Of a DNA stretch of 64,000 nucleotides, positions 63,958 through 64,000 are shown piece after piece. The DNA lies in contig MFJU01000004.1 of the NCBI GenBank assembly GCA_001779315.1, forward strand, positions 6,753-70,752, read 5' to 3'. The notes below the pieces were generated by a model. The model ran no database searches. It was not told where the DNA came from and saw only the letters and a list, made by a program, of their open reading frames with translations. This stretch comes from Candidatus Gottesmanbacteria bacterium RIFCSPLOWO2_01_FULL_42_22 (GTDB taxonomy: Bacteria > Patescibacteriota > Microgenomatia > 2-02-FULL-39-11). The translations under genes and the position numbers were made by a program. Positions within the stretch are counted from its first letter, which is position 1. Every line of letters begins with the position of its first letter.

Positions 63958-64000
63958 AAATCCAGTATAGCCTAGAATTCAAAAGAAGCCCCGGGAATCC

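Noticed and set aside
1-64000. Search for CRISPR arrays, rRNA genes, transposases and integrases.
   Set aside because: There are no regularly spaced direct repeats with unique spacers. There are no rRNA-like conserved segments. There are no DDE/tyrosine-recombinase motifs. The two tRNAs are not flanked by recognisable integrated elements.

Overview
This is a low-GC, gene-dense bacterial window. Its features point to a Candidate Phyla Radiation (Patescibacteria)-like genome: mostly short genes, weak or absent Shine-Dalgarno sequences, several leaderless-looking promoters, many toxin-antitoxin pairs, and glycosyltransferase, sortase and surface-protein genes. I found no rRNA genes, CRISPR arrays, integrases or transposases. 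There are two tRNAs, tRNA-Arg(CCT) on the minus strand and tRNA-Pro(CGG) on the plus strand.

Recognisable content includes:
- Glycogen and carbon metabolism: glgA, a 6-phosphogluconolactonase-like gene, and a fused PPAT/DUF359-like gene.
- A cell-envelope locus: three GT4 and one GT26 glycosyltransferase, mreB, two sortases, a PEGA-domain protein, PBP1A, a lytic transglycosylase (SLT domain), a VanY-like carboxypeptidase and a ComEC-type metallo-beta-lactamase-fold (MBL) protein.
- A divalent-cation transporter cluster in which mgtE is split around NRAMP-family and corA genes.
- An argH-argG-NYN-argS operon whose leader I infer to be a T-box riboswitch, and whose ArgS carries an unusual N-terminal B3/4 domain.
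- Nucleotide salvage genes: a PNP-like protein with extensions, a Prs-like kinase, ndk and maf.
- Several large secreted, Cys-rich or Pro/Thr-rich surface proteins. Two carry dockerins, and two share a conserved C-terminal domain that I do not recognise.
- Five toxin-antitoxin-like modules: three PIN-based pairs, one nucleotidyltransferase/HEPN pair (MNT-HEPN) and one AbiEii-like pair.
- Two compositionally atypical islands carrying two-gene modules of unknown function.

The provided ORF track appears to accept TTG/GTG starts, and it misses one ORF that runs open off the left edge. All protein-family calls are by-eye motif recognition and should be confirmed by HMM or BLAST searches.
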